The position numbers and the translations under genes are program-made. From Nitrospirota bacterium (GTDB taxonomy: Bacteria; Nitrospirota; Thermodesulfovibrionia; Thermodesulfovibrionales; SM23-35), in contig JACAFF010000002.1 in assembly GCA_013388455.1 (NCBI GenBank), forward strand, positions 23,115-87,114: a stretch of DNA of 64,000 bases. The letters are read 5' to 3'. The notes under the pieces were generated by a model, which searched no databases, was not told the DNA's origin, and worked only from the letters and a program-made list of their open reading frames with translations. Of this stretch, positions 18,942 through 28,900 are shown in pieces. Position 1 is the first letter of the stretch, and the number at the start of each line of letters is the position of its first letter.

Positions 18942-20213
18942 TTAAAAAAGCATTTTCTGTCCCTTAATCTCTCTCCTGTCAACCGTTTCAAAGATCTTTA
19001 TCTTACCATATTCTCCATCAAAACCTGGTGCGATATGCACATTTCCAGTACGCATACGACCAATGGCTTCTTTAATTAAAGGAGAGCATGTTTTCCCTAA
19101 GTCTTCTAAGGACAAATTCATAAGGATATTGAATTCACTACCGAGCTTATGTAACATTGACCAATATGTATTCTCTACAGCTTTACTGTTAACACCAACT
19201 TTAAGCACTTCTGCAATAATCTCAGGTAATGGAATGATCGAGTAAAAAGATGGAGCATTCAGCGGTTTGAAGCCATCTTGCCGGTCAGCAAGCTTTTCGA
19301 CTCTATGCATTACTCCTACTGTAATTTTCTTACCACAAACAGGACAAAGGTAATTATGTTGAATTGTTTCCACAGGAGACAGACTGACGCCACATAACCT
19401 GTGTCCATCATAATGGTACTTCCCTTCTTCAGGGAAAAATTCTATTGTGCCAAGAAAACCTTTTTTTGTTTTGATCGCATCCATGACCCCTTTGTATGAA
19501 AGCTCTGTATCAAATATGTTTGCCTCGCGCCCTATTTTTGCAGGTGAATGTGCATCTGAATTAGATATGAGGGTGAGTCTGTCGAGCGCAGAAAGTCGCC
19601 AGTTCATTGATGGATCAGACGAAAGCCCTGTTTCAATAGCATAAATATAAGTCGCTAAATCCTCGAAACATTCTTCAACTGAATCAAATCCAGATTCTGC
19701 TCCAAATATCGAAAAATGTGGTGTCCATGCATGTGCTGGAATAAGTAAAGCATCAGGTGAAATTTCTAAAACTATTTTTAAAAGCTCTTTTGCATCAAGT
19801 CCTAATATAGGTCTCCCATCAGCATTTAGATTTCCTATTCTTGAAAGCATAATATTCAATCTTGCTGCATTAGAAAAGTCAGGCATTAAGACAATACAAT
19901 GTATTTTTCTCGTCTTTGCTTTTTTACTGTAAATACAGCTTATCTCTGATGTGAGCAGAAAAAAAACTTCCTCTCTGCAACTGTCTGGAACATCATTTGT
20001 AGAAAAATCCTTTTTCAGGATAAAGAGCCCATTTCCATATGGTTCTGTTTTTTCCTGAAGTTCTTTAAACCATTCAGGATGTGTAAAGTCTCCTGTACCT
20101 ATCAATTTAATCCCCTTCAATTGAGCCCATTCCCAGATTTTTTCAGGGGACATTTCCTTACTTGTTGCTCTTGAGTATTTAGAATGTATATGCAGGTCTG
20201 CAATAAAACGCAT
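18942..20213 (-). CDS. PHP-domain nuclease, endonuclease Q (EndoQ)-like
   Basis: 423 aa. N-terminal PHP signature ADLHIHSKYSRATS...GTGDFTHP, further His ligands (PAHAWTPH, SNSDAHS) and a Zn-ribbon-like CPVCGKKITVG. Assigned from recalled similarity to archaeal and Bacillus EndoQ. Confidence 0.55.
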   Translation of the reverse strand: MRFIADLHIHSKYSRATSKEMSPEKIWEWAQLKGIKLIGTGDFTHPEWFKELQEKTEPYGNGLFILKKDFSTNDVPDSCREEVFFLLTSEISCIYSKKAKTRKIHCIVLMPDFSNAARLNIMLSRIGNLNADGRPILGLDAKELLKIVLEISPDALLIPAHAWTPHFSIFGAESGFDSVEECFEDLATYIYAIETGLSSDPSMNWRLSALDRLTLISNSDAHSPAKIGREANIFDTELSYKGVMDAIKTKKGFLGTIEFFPEEGKYHYDGHRLCGVSLSPVETIQHNYLCPVCGKKITVGVMHRVEKLADRQDGFKPLNAPSFYSIIPLPEIIAEVLKVGVNSKAVENTYWSMLHKLGSEFNILMNLSLEDLGKTCSPLIKEAIGRMRTGNVHIAPGFDGEYGKIKIFETVDRREIKGQKMLF

Positions 20214-20240
20214 TTTGGTAGGAATCAGAGAATCTGATTT

Positions 20241-20507
20241 TTAATCAAATAATGCTGCCAGTTTATTGGTTTTATCCTCAATATTTTTTGCCAGCTCTTC
20301 ATGTTCATTTTTTAATTTAAATAACTCATCAGCAATATCAAGTGCGGCAAGAATAGATGCTTTAACGGGTGTAACATTTGGGACTGCATTATAAACTTCT
20401 TTAAGTTTTTTATCAACGAAAGCAGCCAGTTGTTTTATATATTCTTCTGGAGCATCACCTCTAATAGTATATTTCTGTCCAAGTATATATACTTCAGTAC
20501 TGCCCAT
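20241..20507 (-). CDS. zapA: cell division protein ZapA
   Basis: 88 aa. YILGQKYTIRGDAPEEYIKQLAAFVDKKLKEV followed by a coiled-coil tail. Confidence 0.75.
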   Translation of the reverse strand: MGSTEVYILGQKYTIRGDAPEEYIKQLAAFVDKKLKEVYNAVPNVTPVKASILAALDIADELFKLKNEHEELAKNIEDKTNKLAALFD

Positions 20508-20512
20508 AACAC

Positions 20513-20734
20513 CTATTCTACCTCCAGTGCTTCAATCTCGTTAAGGAGAGCCTCAAGTTGGCTTTTCACAAGGCTCTTCTCTGCTTTGAGCTGCTCAATT
20601 TCTATGTTTTTTTCATTAAGAAGTCCTTCAAGTTCCTGAACTCTTCTCTCAGTAATCATCTTTTCTTCTTTAAGGGTTTTAACCTTATCAATTGCATTTG
20701 CAATTTTGTCTTCAAGTGTCTTAAGTTTTTCCAA
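20513..20734 (-). CDS. ZapB-like coiled-coil protein (start re-assigned)
   Basis: The track ORF (20513..20911) begins with TTG inside the slt 3' end. A TTG at 20734 is preceded 8 nt upstream by AAGGAGG (plus-strand aacctcctt at 20741-20749). It yields a 73-aa all-heptad protein (EKLKTLEDKIANAIDKVKTLKEEK...). An ATG at 20812 is an alternative start. Confidence 0.45.
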   Translation of the reverse strand: MEKLKTLEDKIANAIDKVKTLKEEKMITERRVQELEGLLNEKNIEIEQLKAEKSLVKSQLEALLNEIEALEVE

Positions 20735-20846
20735 TGGTTTAACCTCCTTTTTTAATTCTCTCAGGTGTTCTTTATCTTGTTCATCATTGAAAAGAGTCTT
20801 TTGCAAAACCATCGTAAATAAAATAACAAAATGCCTGATTGAAAGT

Positions 20847-22781
20847 CTATAACATTTCGAATGAAATTGTCTTTCTGCTGACTCCTGCAGGAGAAAATAA
20901 GGCGTATTCAAAAAAGGTATTTATTACCCTTTTCACATAATTTTTTGTTTCGATGTATGGTATATCCTCAATAAATTCATCGACAGATTTGTAATTTGCA
21001 TTTTGAGTCCACCTTTTTACTGTTTGTTCTCCAGCATTATATGCTGCAATTGCATATGCATAAGACCCAAACTCTTTTATCAAATAATTCAGGTAATAGA
21101 TTCCGATTTTCAGATTTTTTTCTATATCAAAGATATCATGCATATTATTTATATTCAGTTTTAAAATGGAATCAAATCTCTTTGCAGTTGAGGGCATCAA
21201 TTGCATGAGACCTATAGCACCAGCAGGAGACCTTGCTTCAGGATTGAACCTGCTCTCCTCTCTTACAATCGAAAGGACAATTAATGGTTCAATATCATAT
21301 TTTTTTGCTAAACTTTCAATAATCTCTAAGTATGCTAATGGATATAAGTACGGATGCATCTTTTCATTATAAGGTACTTTTACAGCAAGCCCCACTGAAT
21401 ATCTGTATTCCTTAAGTTCATTGAATTTATTACATGCATATAAAACATCTTCAATGGAATCAGGATTTCTTGCAAGGTAATTTAGTTCCATCAGAGCTTC
21501 TTTTGAAAAACCTATACTGAAGAGTGTATCTATACGTTCATTTTTCTTTTCTGGTAAGGTATTTTTCGTTACAGGGACTATATCATTTGCCAGCTTTATT
21601 TTCTCATGCTCTGACAGGGCTGATGATAATAGTCCTTTGACGTGTGTCATTGCACCATAAAAATTACGGCCTTTCTCTATAAGTGAATGATACATCTGTT
21701 TTGCGTCACCACCTGCTACTTCAATACTACGGGCATGCCAGTATAAATAACGTGAATCTTTATAAGTATCATAAAGCTTTGTAAAGATTTCAGATGCCTT
21801 ATCATATGCTCCTGTTAAATAGTATGTCCATCCAATTCCCCATAGGGCATCCTCACTCTCTGAAGGATATTTTTCAATTATGCTTTGATAAAGACTTAAT
21901 GCCTCGTCAATTTTACCTTCCCTCCTCCTGTCTGCTGCCAGAGAAATAAGAATAGAAGCCATTCTATTATCTCCATTATCCAGTAATTCCTTTAGTGAGG
22001 AATTGACAGTTTCTTTTTCTCCAGCCCTATAGAGTGACCGTATCTCCCAGTATCGCTCATGTGCCTTAGCAAATATTTCAGCTGCCTCCTTATATTTTTT
22101 CTGTTTAAAAAGAGAAATGCCAAGATTTTTGTAGATCTGATTCTGTAACTTTTCATTATCTTTTATGATTATAGCCCTCAACTCATCTTCTGCTTTTGTG
22201 TATTGCATACGATCTATCAGATTTGAGGATCTCTCAATAATATCTTCTGTACTTATATCATCAGATTTCAATTCATTGAAAGCAGCAGATGAATAAGGTC
22301 CTGCACTTATGTAAAGATCCTTAAAGAATTCTTTTGCTTTGCTTTTATTGCCATTTTGTATTAAAAATTTTGCGTAGAGATATTTCATTCTTTGATCATT
22401 CGGATAATCAATAATGTAAGATTCATATAGCTTCTCAATATTTTCCTCTGAAATTTCAGAAGCTTCGGTTATCTCCCTGATTCTTGCCTGTTTAATAAGA
22501 GGGGTATCCTGATAGTTATTCAAAAGATCACGTATTACTTTCAGAGACTCCTTATAATTTCCTACATCATGGTATGCCTCTGAAAGCCAAAACAAGGCAT
22601 AATCATCAAGTGGAGCACATCCTTTTACTGCTTCAGATAAGCGTTTTATGGCTTCTTTGTATTGTGAGTTGTCAAGCGCAATCTTTCCTTCTTTAAGATA
22701 AGCTTTGCAATCCGTCTCTTCAGCATAGGCAGGCAGTGATAGAAAAAAGATTAAAATAAAAAGACAGATAAAATATCTCAT
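20847..22781 (-). CDS. slt: soluble lytic murein transglycosylase (TPR/superhelical N-domain + SLT domain)
   Basis: SLT catalytic block VREESRFNPEARSPAGAIGLMQLMPSTA...AAYNAG. Start moved to the ATG at 22781, which gives the signal peptide MRYFICLFILIFFLSLPAYA. The 78 codons upstream in the track ORF read through MITE copy 2. Confidence 0.8.
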   Translation of the reverse strand: MRYFICLFILIFFLSLPAYAEETDCKAYLKEGKIALDNSQYKEAIKRLSEAVKGCAPLDDYALFWLSEAYHDVGNYKESLKVIRDLLNNYQDTPLIKQARIREITEASEISEENIEKLYESYIIDYPNDQRMKYLYAKFLIQNGNKSKAKEFFKDLYISAGPYSSAAFNELKSDDISTEDIIERSSNLIDRMQYTKAEDELRAIIIKDNEKLQNQIYKNLGISLFKQKKYKEAAEIFAKAHERYWEIRSLYRAGEKETVNSSLKELLDNGDNRMASILISLAADRRREGKIDEALSLYQSIIEKYPSESEDALWGIGWTYYLTGAYDKASEIFTKLYDTYKDSRYLYWHARSIEVAGGDAKQMYHSLIEKGRNFYGAMTHVKGLLSSALSEHEKIKLANDIVPVTKNTLPEKKNERIDTLFSIGFSKEALMELNYLARNPDSIEDVLYACNKFNELKEYRYSVGLAVKVPYNEKMHPYLYPLAYLEIIESLAKKYDIEPLIVLSIVREESRFNPEARSPAGAIGLMQLMPSTAKRFDSILKLNINNMHDIFDIEKNLKIGIYYLNYLIKEFGSYAYAIAAYNAGEQTVKRWTQNANYKSVDEFIEDIPYIETKNYVKRVINTFFEYALFSPAGVSRKTISFEML

Positions 22782-22850
22782 AAAAATATCATAATCAAAA
22801 GAACGAGTTTCGGCAATATTTAAATGCCATGTCCTATACCTTAAAAATTT

Positions 22851-23026
22851 ACCCGAATAATGCAGACATTGCTCAAAAATTTCTTTAACTCGATGAATTA
22901 TCGGATTTATTTTAATTGTTTTATGGATAAAAATATTCGCAAAACCATTAGTTAAAGGAACACTAAGGAATCGAAAAATAAATTTTCTCGCAACATCTGC
23001 ATTATTCAATTGCATTTTTTGGGTTT
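22851..23026. mobile_element. MITE-like element, copy 2 of the 17011-17199 family
   Basis: acccgaataatgcagacattgc ... gcaacatctgcattattc(aattgcatttt)ttgggtt. Collinear with copy 1 except for the missing nested hairpin and a small insertion in the right TIR. Confidence 0.7.
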
Positions 23027-23053
23027 ATAAATAAAATGGGTTAGGTGGTTTCT

Positions 23054-23749
23054 TCAATACGCATAGAGTACAGACAGACGGGCTTTCTCAACAGGATTAT
23101 TTGTATCCTGTGAATTTATCTCTATTCTGTATAAATAGGGTGTTGGAGGTCCGGTAAATGTTGCACATTCATAGGCTGCGCCGGCACCACAAGAAAGATT
23201 TTCTCCGCTTAAATCTGTAACACCGACAGTTGTATCAACAATCTTTGCAAAAACCCTATAATTTGTTCCATAACCAGAGAGATCGAAAGGTGGTATATCC
23301 GGACTTAAAACAGGGTCAAGCGAAGTACCATCAGATCCACATATTGTCCAGTTGTAAGAACCGTCAATATTGTAAGGTGGCATACATAATTTACGGCATA
23401 AACAATTATTTGGTAAAGGATCAGGATATATCTCATCAAATGGATTTGTATCAAAACCACAAATACAGGAAGTCGGCAAATTAACAAGTCCCTGGATTAC
23501 AAGTTCACCGCGATTTGTTACAAGAGCAGCAGAAATCTCAGCTCCACCAATTCCGGCGTCAAGAGCGGATGCATATCTTTTGTGAAAACCTGAAAATTTT
23601 GTGCCCTGTATTACAAGATATAGCAATGCAGAAATAATCGCAAGAGCGATCAATGACAGGACAAGCACCATCATGAGCGCAATACCCTTTTCATTATTAA
23701 TAGTACAATCTATTTCCTGACTTCTAACTTCCGCCTTCTGACTTCCCAT
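23054..23749 (-). CDS. pilX: PilX-like type IV minor pilin (module A)
   Basis: 231 aa. PilX_N-type N-terminus EKGIALMMVLVLSLIALAIISALLYLV. Last gene of a pilY1-fimT-pilV-pilW-pilX operon. Paralogue at 32913-33614. Confidence 0.7.
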   Translation of the reverse strand: MGSQKAEVRSQEIDCTINNEKGIALMMVLVLSLIALAIISALLYLVIQGTKFSGFHKRYASALDAGIGGAEISAALVTNRGELVIQGLVNLPTSCICGFDTNPFDEIYPDPLPNNCLCRKLCMPPYNIDGSYNWTICGSDGTSLDPVLSPDIPPFDLSGYGTNYRVFAKIVDTTVGVTDLSGENLSCGAGAAYECATFTGPPTPYLYRIEINSQDTNNPVEKARLSVLYAY

Positions 23750-23750
23750 T

Positions 23751-24914
23751 TTATCCTCTCAAATTCTTTGGCTTCACAACAATTCTGTCTAGCTTCCAGC
23801 GATAGTTCTGCCAATCTGGTATTGTGGTCAAGTCAAAATCTCTTCCCAATCCTTGCTCACCTACATATATTGTTTTATCTGAACAAGACGGTGGATCCTG
23901 GCAATAAGTAAAATTACTGTCCTTTTGTCCCTCGTGGGCAAGTATGTATACCCTGATATCTTTCACCTGTTCACGTATCTGCTGCGCTGTAAGGCCTGAT
24001 AAATCATCCGTCCTGTTATCAACATCTCCATCATTGTCTGTATCCCTTCCGAAAATAACCTGCATATCAGCAACGCAATCAAGAATTTGATGAATGCCCC
24101 CCTGAAAAGTACCGCTATGGTTCAAAACAGCTTTTCTTAGAACACCTGTATTTGACGCGCACTTCTGTGGTATATTCAGCTTGGATATATAGTAATCAGC
24201 CCTGTTAAATGGCATCCTGAGGGCTGTATCAATCGGATCAGCAACCGGGGTAACCCCATAAACTAAATATACTTCTCCCTGAGGAGGTGCAAAGTCTGCC
24301 GGGAAGTTTTGATTAAACTGGACTGAAAATTTAGTGCTATCATTATCACTCGTTTTCAGAATTCTTTGATTATTTTCTCCCTTACTCGGTATGAGAACTA
24401 TAACTCTCTCGCTTGTGCTTAAATCATCAACCGAAGAACCCCATGATCTTACCATTGTCTTTTTATTGCCAGTTGCATCTATTTTGGAAATTACTTCTGT
24501 CCATTTAGCAGAGGCGTCACTCATTGCAATATTAGTTGCCTTAAGCACAAGATAGTCAGATCCGTTTACAACATTTGTAAAATTCACATTATTACCACTT
24601 AAAATAGCCCTTGGAGGATTAGTGGTGCCACTAACAGTTGGTTCATTGTAGTTACTTGCTGGTGAACTTGAAGCTTCCTGATATGTAATACCAACCGGTA
24701 TATTCCAAGGCAAACCAAATCCTGCGTGTTCAATATCTCTCTTTAATAATTCAAGACCAATTATGTTCTCGATATTGCTCTCTGCTATCTTGCTCTGCTG
24801 CTTAAATTGTGTAAGCATGGGCACAAATATTCCTGTGGCAGCAGCTATGGTAAGGACAAAAACCACCATTGTAATGAGAAGCTCTACAAGGGTAAACCCT
24901 CCTTCTTTTTTCAT
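23751..24914 (-). CDS. pilW: PilW-like type IV minor pilin (module A)
   Basis: Prepilin N-terminus MKKEGG/FTLVELLITMVVFVLTIAAATGIF with Glu5. The ATG at 24914 is preceded by AAGGAG and overlaps the pilV stop by 1 nt. The track start at 24953 is a GTG further upstream. Confidence 0.75.
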   Translation of the reverse strand: MKKEGGFTLVELLITMVVFVLTIAAATGIFVPMLTQFKQQSKIAESNIENIIGLELLKRDIEHAGFGLPWNIPVGITYQEASSSPASNYNEPTVSGTTNPPRAILSGNNVNFTNVVNGSDYLVLKATNIAMSDASAKWTEVISKIDATGNKKTMVRSWGSSVDDLSTSERVIVLIPSKGENNQRILKTSDNDSTKFSVQFNQNFPADFAPPQGEVYLVYGVTPVADPIDTALRMPFNRADYYISKLNIPQKCASNTGVLRKAVLNHSGTFQGGIHQILDCVADMQVIFGRDTDNDGDVDNRTDDLSGLTAQQIREQVKDIRVYILAHEGQKDSNFTYCQDPPSCSDKTIYVGEQGLGRDFDLTTIPDWQNYRWKLDRIVVKPKNLRG

Positions 24915-25432
24915 TATCTTCTCCTTACAGTGGTTATGCTCTGCGTGTAGCACTCATTTTTATATTCCCACGCTGCTAATATTTCTATCTGCTTTGTGCT
25001 CAAAGTGACACCATCCGGATCAAGGGCGTCAGTCACTGTCACCTCTAAACCAAATGGGAAATTTTGTATATTTCTGAAATTTCTTTCTATTTTTATTGGA
25101 TAACTCGGGTCTGCACAAGATGATATTGTTGCTGTGGATGGAGTATTGCATGTCTCACCGTTAGCACAATCTTCATTAACTGAACATATATTATTTGTTA
25201 TTGAACAAATCCCTGGATTCGATTTAACATGATCAAATGGAAGAGTCCTTATCTCTTCAGCCTTCTGTGACACAATATTAACCGCCTCTTCTCTAAGAAG
25301 ATTTCTCATGTTATGGTCTATCCCGAGCAGTGCTGCCTGAAGTAATCCGATGAAAACAAGAAGCAGCACAACAAGCGCAATCATTACCTCAACAAGGGAG
25401 ACACCTTTATTGCCTATGTTATTTTTCATCAC
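24914..25432 (-). CDS. pilV: PilV-like type IV minor pilin (module A)
   Basis: 172 aa. Leader MMKNNIGNKG/VSLVEVMIALVVLLLVFIGLLQ (Glu5), which is PilV-type. Confidence 0.75.
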   Translation of the reverse strand: MMKNNIGNKGVSLVEVMIALVVLLLVFIGLLQAALLGIDHNMRNLLREEAVNIVSQKAEEIRTLPFDHVKSNPGICSITNNICSVNEDCANGETCNTPSTATISSCADPSYPIKIERNFRNIQNFPFGLEVTVTDALDPDGVTLSTKQIEILAAWEYKNECYTQSITTVRRR

Positions 25433-25931
25433 AAGCAGTTCCTGTTGTATTTGTTTTACCCATCCTTATTCTTGCCTCATCTATTATCAGGCAGTCAAAG
25501 TCAGGGTCTAATGAATTGTCTATACGGAAGCTGATGGCTGCTGTTGCATTTGAAATAAGCCCTCGTGTATCAAAAGTTAATGTTCGAGGCAAAGTGCCGG
25601 AACTTATCATTTTGAACTGATAGTTATATATTAGTGTTTTCGGTTTTGACCATATTGACTGATCTTCTGCATCAGGTGAATTTCCATAACTATTATTTGT
25701 ATCCTCATAAATAGCGTAATTGTCTGTATTAATCACTGCAAAGTGAAGCATGTTTCTTGTCATAGCCCTTGTCCTCGCCTCCATCAGGTCTGAATATACC
25801 TCCTTGATTTGACTCTCAATTCTGTATTTTCCCATCCATCCTTCATACGAGAAACCAAAGGCTATCACGAGTATAGCAATAATACTCACAACAACCATAG
25901 TTTCGACTAATGTTATACCTTTGTATGTCAT
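25419..25931 (-). CDS. fimT: FimT/FimU (GspH-domain) type IV minor pilin (module A)
   Basis: 170 aa. Short leader MTYKG/ITLVETMVVVSIIAILVIAF (Glu5). Its start overlaps the pilY1-A stop (ATGA-type coupling). Confidence 0.7.
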   Translation of the reverse strand: MTYKGITLVETMVVVSIIAILVIAFGFSYEGWMGKYRIESQIKEVYSDLMEARTRAMTRNMLHFAVINTDNYAIYEDTNNSYGNSPDAEDQSIWSKPKTLIYNYQFKMISSGTLPRTLTFDTRGLISNATAAISFRIDNSLDPDFDCLIIDEARIRMGKTNTTGTACDEK

Positions 25932-28900
25932 CTTTGCTGTAGGTGAAAAACTCTTCTTATCGGCCTTGGAGGGATATTCACCTGCGGTTTTTCTGTTGCT
26001 GCTATTCCTTCAGTTGGCCCGGTTCTGCGGTAATCAACAGTCTCCCCTTCAGGTGCCCCATAGTCTCTTTTCTGTGTAAATGCTGATGGCAAATGAATTT
26101 CTCCTATACTTCCAGTTGATACCTGTATTAATACTTTTCCCCTTAATACATGTTTTTTTACAGCTCCTCCTGTTGCATAATAGACAGCCCAGAGATGAGT
26201 TATTCCACCATATTCACATACATCTGCTGTTGGTTTAATAGTTGTGAAAAATACAGCTCCAATCGGCGTAGCAAGTGGATCAGTTACCATACGTTCTGCT
26301 CTGTATACAACACTTGAATCTGCACATGATGGGGCTTCACTTCCATTTAAAGTAGTGCACGAATCAAGATTTATCTTCCAGCCTTCAGATGTTGCATTGG
26401 TTGAATCTGTTGTAACATCTCCGAGAGAACCATCACCTGAATAAAATGAATTGCAGGTTGAATCAAGTTTTGCATCACCACTATCAAAACAGGGATCTTT
26501 TAATCCATATAATTTTCTGATGCTGTTTGCGTCATCAATCTCTGAGGCAATCTTATAGTAGTATCTGCCAGTCCCGAAAAATAGCCATAAGGATTCATTA
26601 CCAACTTCATAATTCTGAAGTTTTGATACTGCTGTTGTAACAGGACCAATATCTACAATAACCTTTTCCAGTGTCCATTGGCTTGGGTCAGCAGATTCTT
26701 TTGTGTTAAGACGCAAAACGCCGCCTTTTGTCCATTTGGTAGTATTGATATCAATTTCTTCTACTTCTGCCTGTGTGTATCCAAAATAAATAGCGTCGTC
26801 TGAATAGAAACCTGATGAGGTGGGATTATTCTGATCAAGATCAACAGGAGAGCTTATCAAAGAACCTGCAAAAGCATTCTGGATTGTTGAACCATCTTTT
26901 GTCTGCTTTATGATTCTCGCAATATTCCCTGTTGCGAGATCCAGAACAAAAACTTTTAGTGGCTGATCAGAATAACCCATAAACTGATGTGCCTCAGTAT
27001 TGATTGGGCCGGTTGGTCCTGAGGCAAATACAGCAAACCATTTTCCATTTTTACCTTTGGGTCCGATTCTGACAATCGCAGGTCCTGAAGTTGCAAAACC
27101 AAAGCCACCTGTTGCAGTTTCACCAGGGTAAAGGGTTTCTATTTGCTCATTTGAAAATTCCCAGAGCACTTCAGGAGGTTTTGTTGGATCAGCAAGTGTA
27201 TTTGTTATATCAAGTGCAAAATATGAGGAATAACCAATTCCTGCTGAAGGGGTCTGGACACCAAATGAGCTTGCAGTATCCCTGGATGCGCCACCATAAC
27301 GCATCCCGCCTATGAGTATAGTCCTCCAGCTATTTACACTTATCGGATCATCAGGTTTTCCTCCTATGCTGACATCAAACAGATTTGGTACTGCATCTGC
27401 AAAATATAGATGACAATACTCTTCATCAGTCATATATCTGAGATATGGCAGGGCGTGTTTGGGTATGTAAGCCCACATCTCTTCCCCCAGATCTGTTCCC
27501 GATAATTCTGCTTTCTTACAATTTTCTTCATATATTTTAATGGTTCCGAGTTTAAAGGCATGAAGCATTCCGTCATTTGCACCAACAAAAACCATCCCCC
27601 TGTTTTTATAGTCCTGTGTTGAGATGAATTGATTATTGTTGATGGGGTCAGTCAATTTAGGGCTATAACCATAAGGGCCATATGAGATGTCACCATATAC
27701 CTTATGATAAGTATTCAAAGGTGACCATGATGCAACTTTCGGAGTTGATGTTACTATATCTCCAAGCTTCCATGTATTTGAAACACCACTGATTGAAATA
27801 GTTCTTTTTCTATAATCAGGGCTATATCCTGAATCTATTTCAGGGCTGAATGGAGTATCTTCTCCCCTAACATATCTTATAATTGCGTTCGCCTCATTAA
27901 CATCTGATGCCTGTAGAAGTGATATTAAAGTAGAACCACTACCTATTGGATTTGCAACTTGTGGTATCTGAATCCTTGTAGTTCCATCAAATGTATAAAT
28001 ATTTCTTGTTAACGGATTTTTTGCCCATAATAATTTGCCAGCTTCCCAGAGATACTTTATTTTATTGGATGGGTCAATAAATTCATCCAGATATTTATAG
28101 CCCACGTAACTGTTGGCGGTGCCATCGCAATCGGAGTCTGAATATAGATTAGCTATAGTATTTTGATCTGTTGCTGAAGCAGGAAATTTAAAATGCATTA
28201 TATAATCAGAACTCAAATCAAGCTCTTTAATGCTACTGGTATCACTCGAATTCTCTCTGATAGTGCTATATATCATATAAGGGTCAATATAATACCAGAA
28301 GTTCTGGAGTGAACCTGTCCATTTTATTGTAGTTCCGCCGGAACTTCGCTGTGGATAAAAGAGTGCCTGTAGCAGATTCGCTCCACTTCCCTCGCCGGAT
28401 GCAAGAACAGAAGCAGCAGTTCCTGAAGATGACCTTGCAGCTATCCTCTGAAAAGTCTCTTCCAGAGCACTATATAGCTGTGATGGATCTTCAGCAACAC
28501 TGAGCTTTGATCCTCCGTTTTCAGCGGTTTCCTGCATCAATACATTTGGATCACACTCATCAGGTTCACCTGTTGCTTCTCCTGTAAAAACTACATGTGT
28601 CAGAATTGTCCTGCTGTTTATCGAGTCATCGGGAGGTGGCGCACTAAAATCCTTGATGTCTCTATTTTTGGCTACCCAGGCAAGGTCGTCGAGGTTTCTA
28701 CTTCCTGCAAATTGGGGGCAGGTGGGAAATGATGTAAGAGTTAAAGGCACATCATAAAATGTATCATCCGGTTCTTCATGATATACTCGAACAGTATCTC
28801 TCACCTTTGTATCAAGGTCTGCTGTTGACATGCCGTCAGTTATAATCAATATATTGTTATTCTGGCATCTGTATTGGACGGGGTCAGGATAATTAATATC

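Noticed and set aside
20735-20911. Long N-terminal extension of the ZapB-like ORF (TTG start overlapping the slt 3' end)
   Set aside because: The extension has no coiled-coil character and no RBS. A strong AAGGAGG precedes the TTG at 20734.
22782-23015. 78-codon N-terminal extension of the slt ORF in the track
   Set aside because: It is read-through of a MITE copy. The ATG at 22781 gives a canonical signal peptide.
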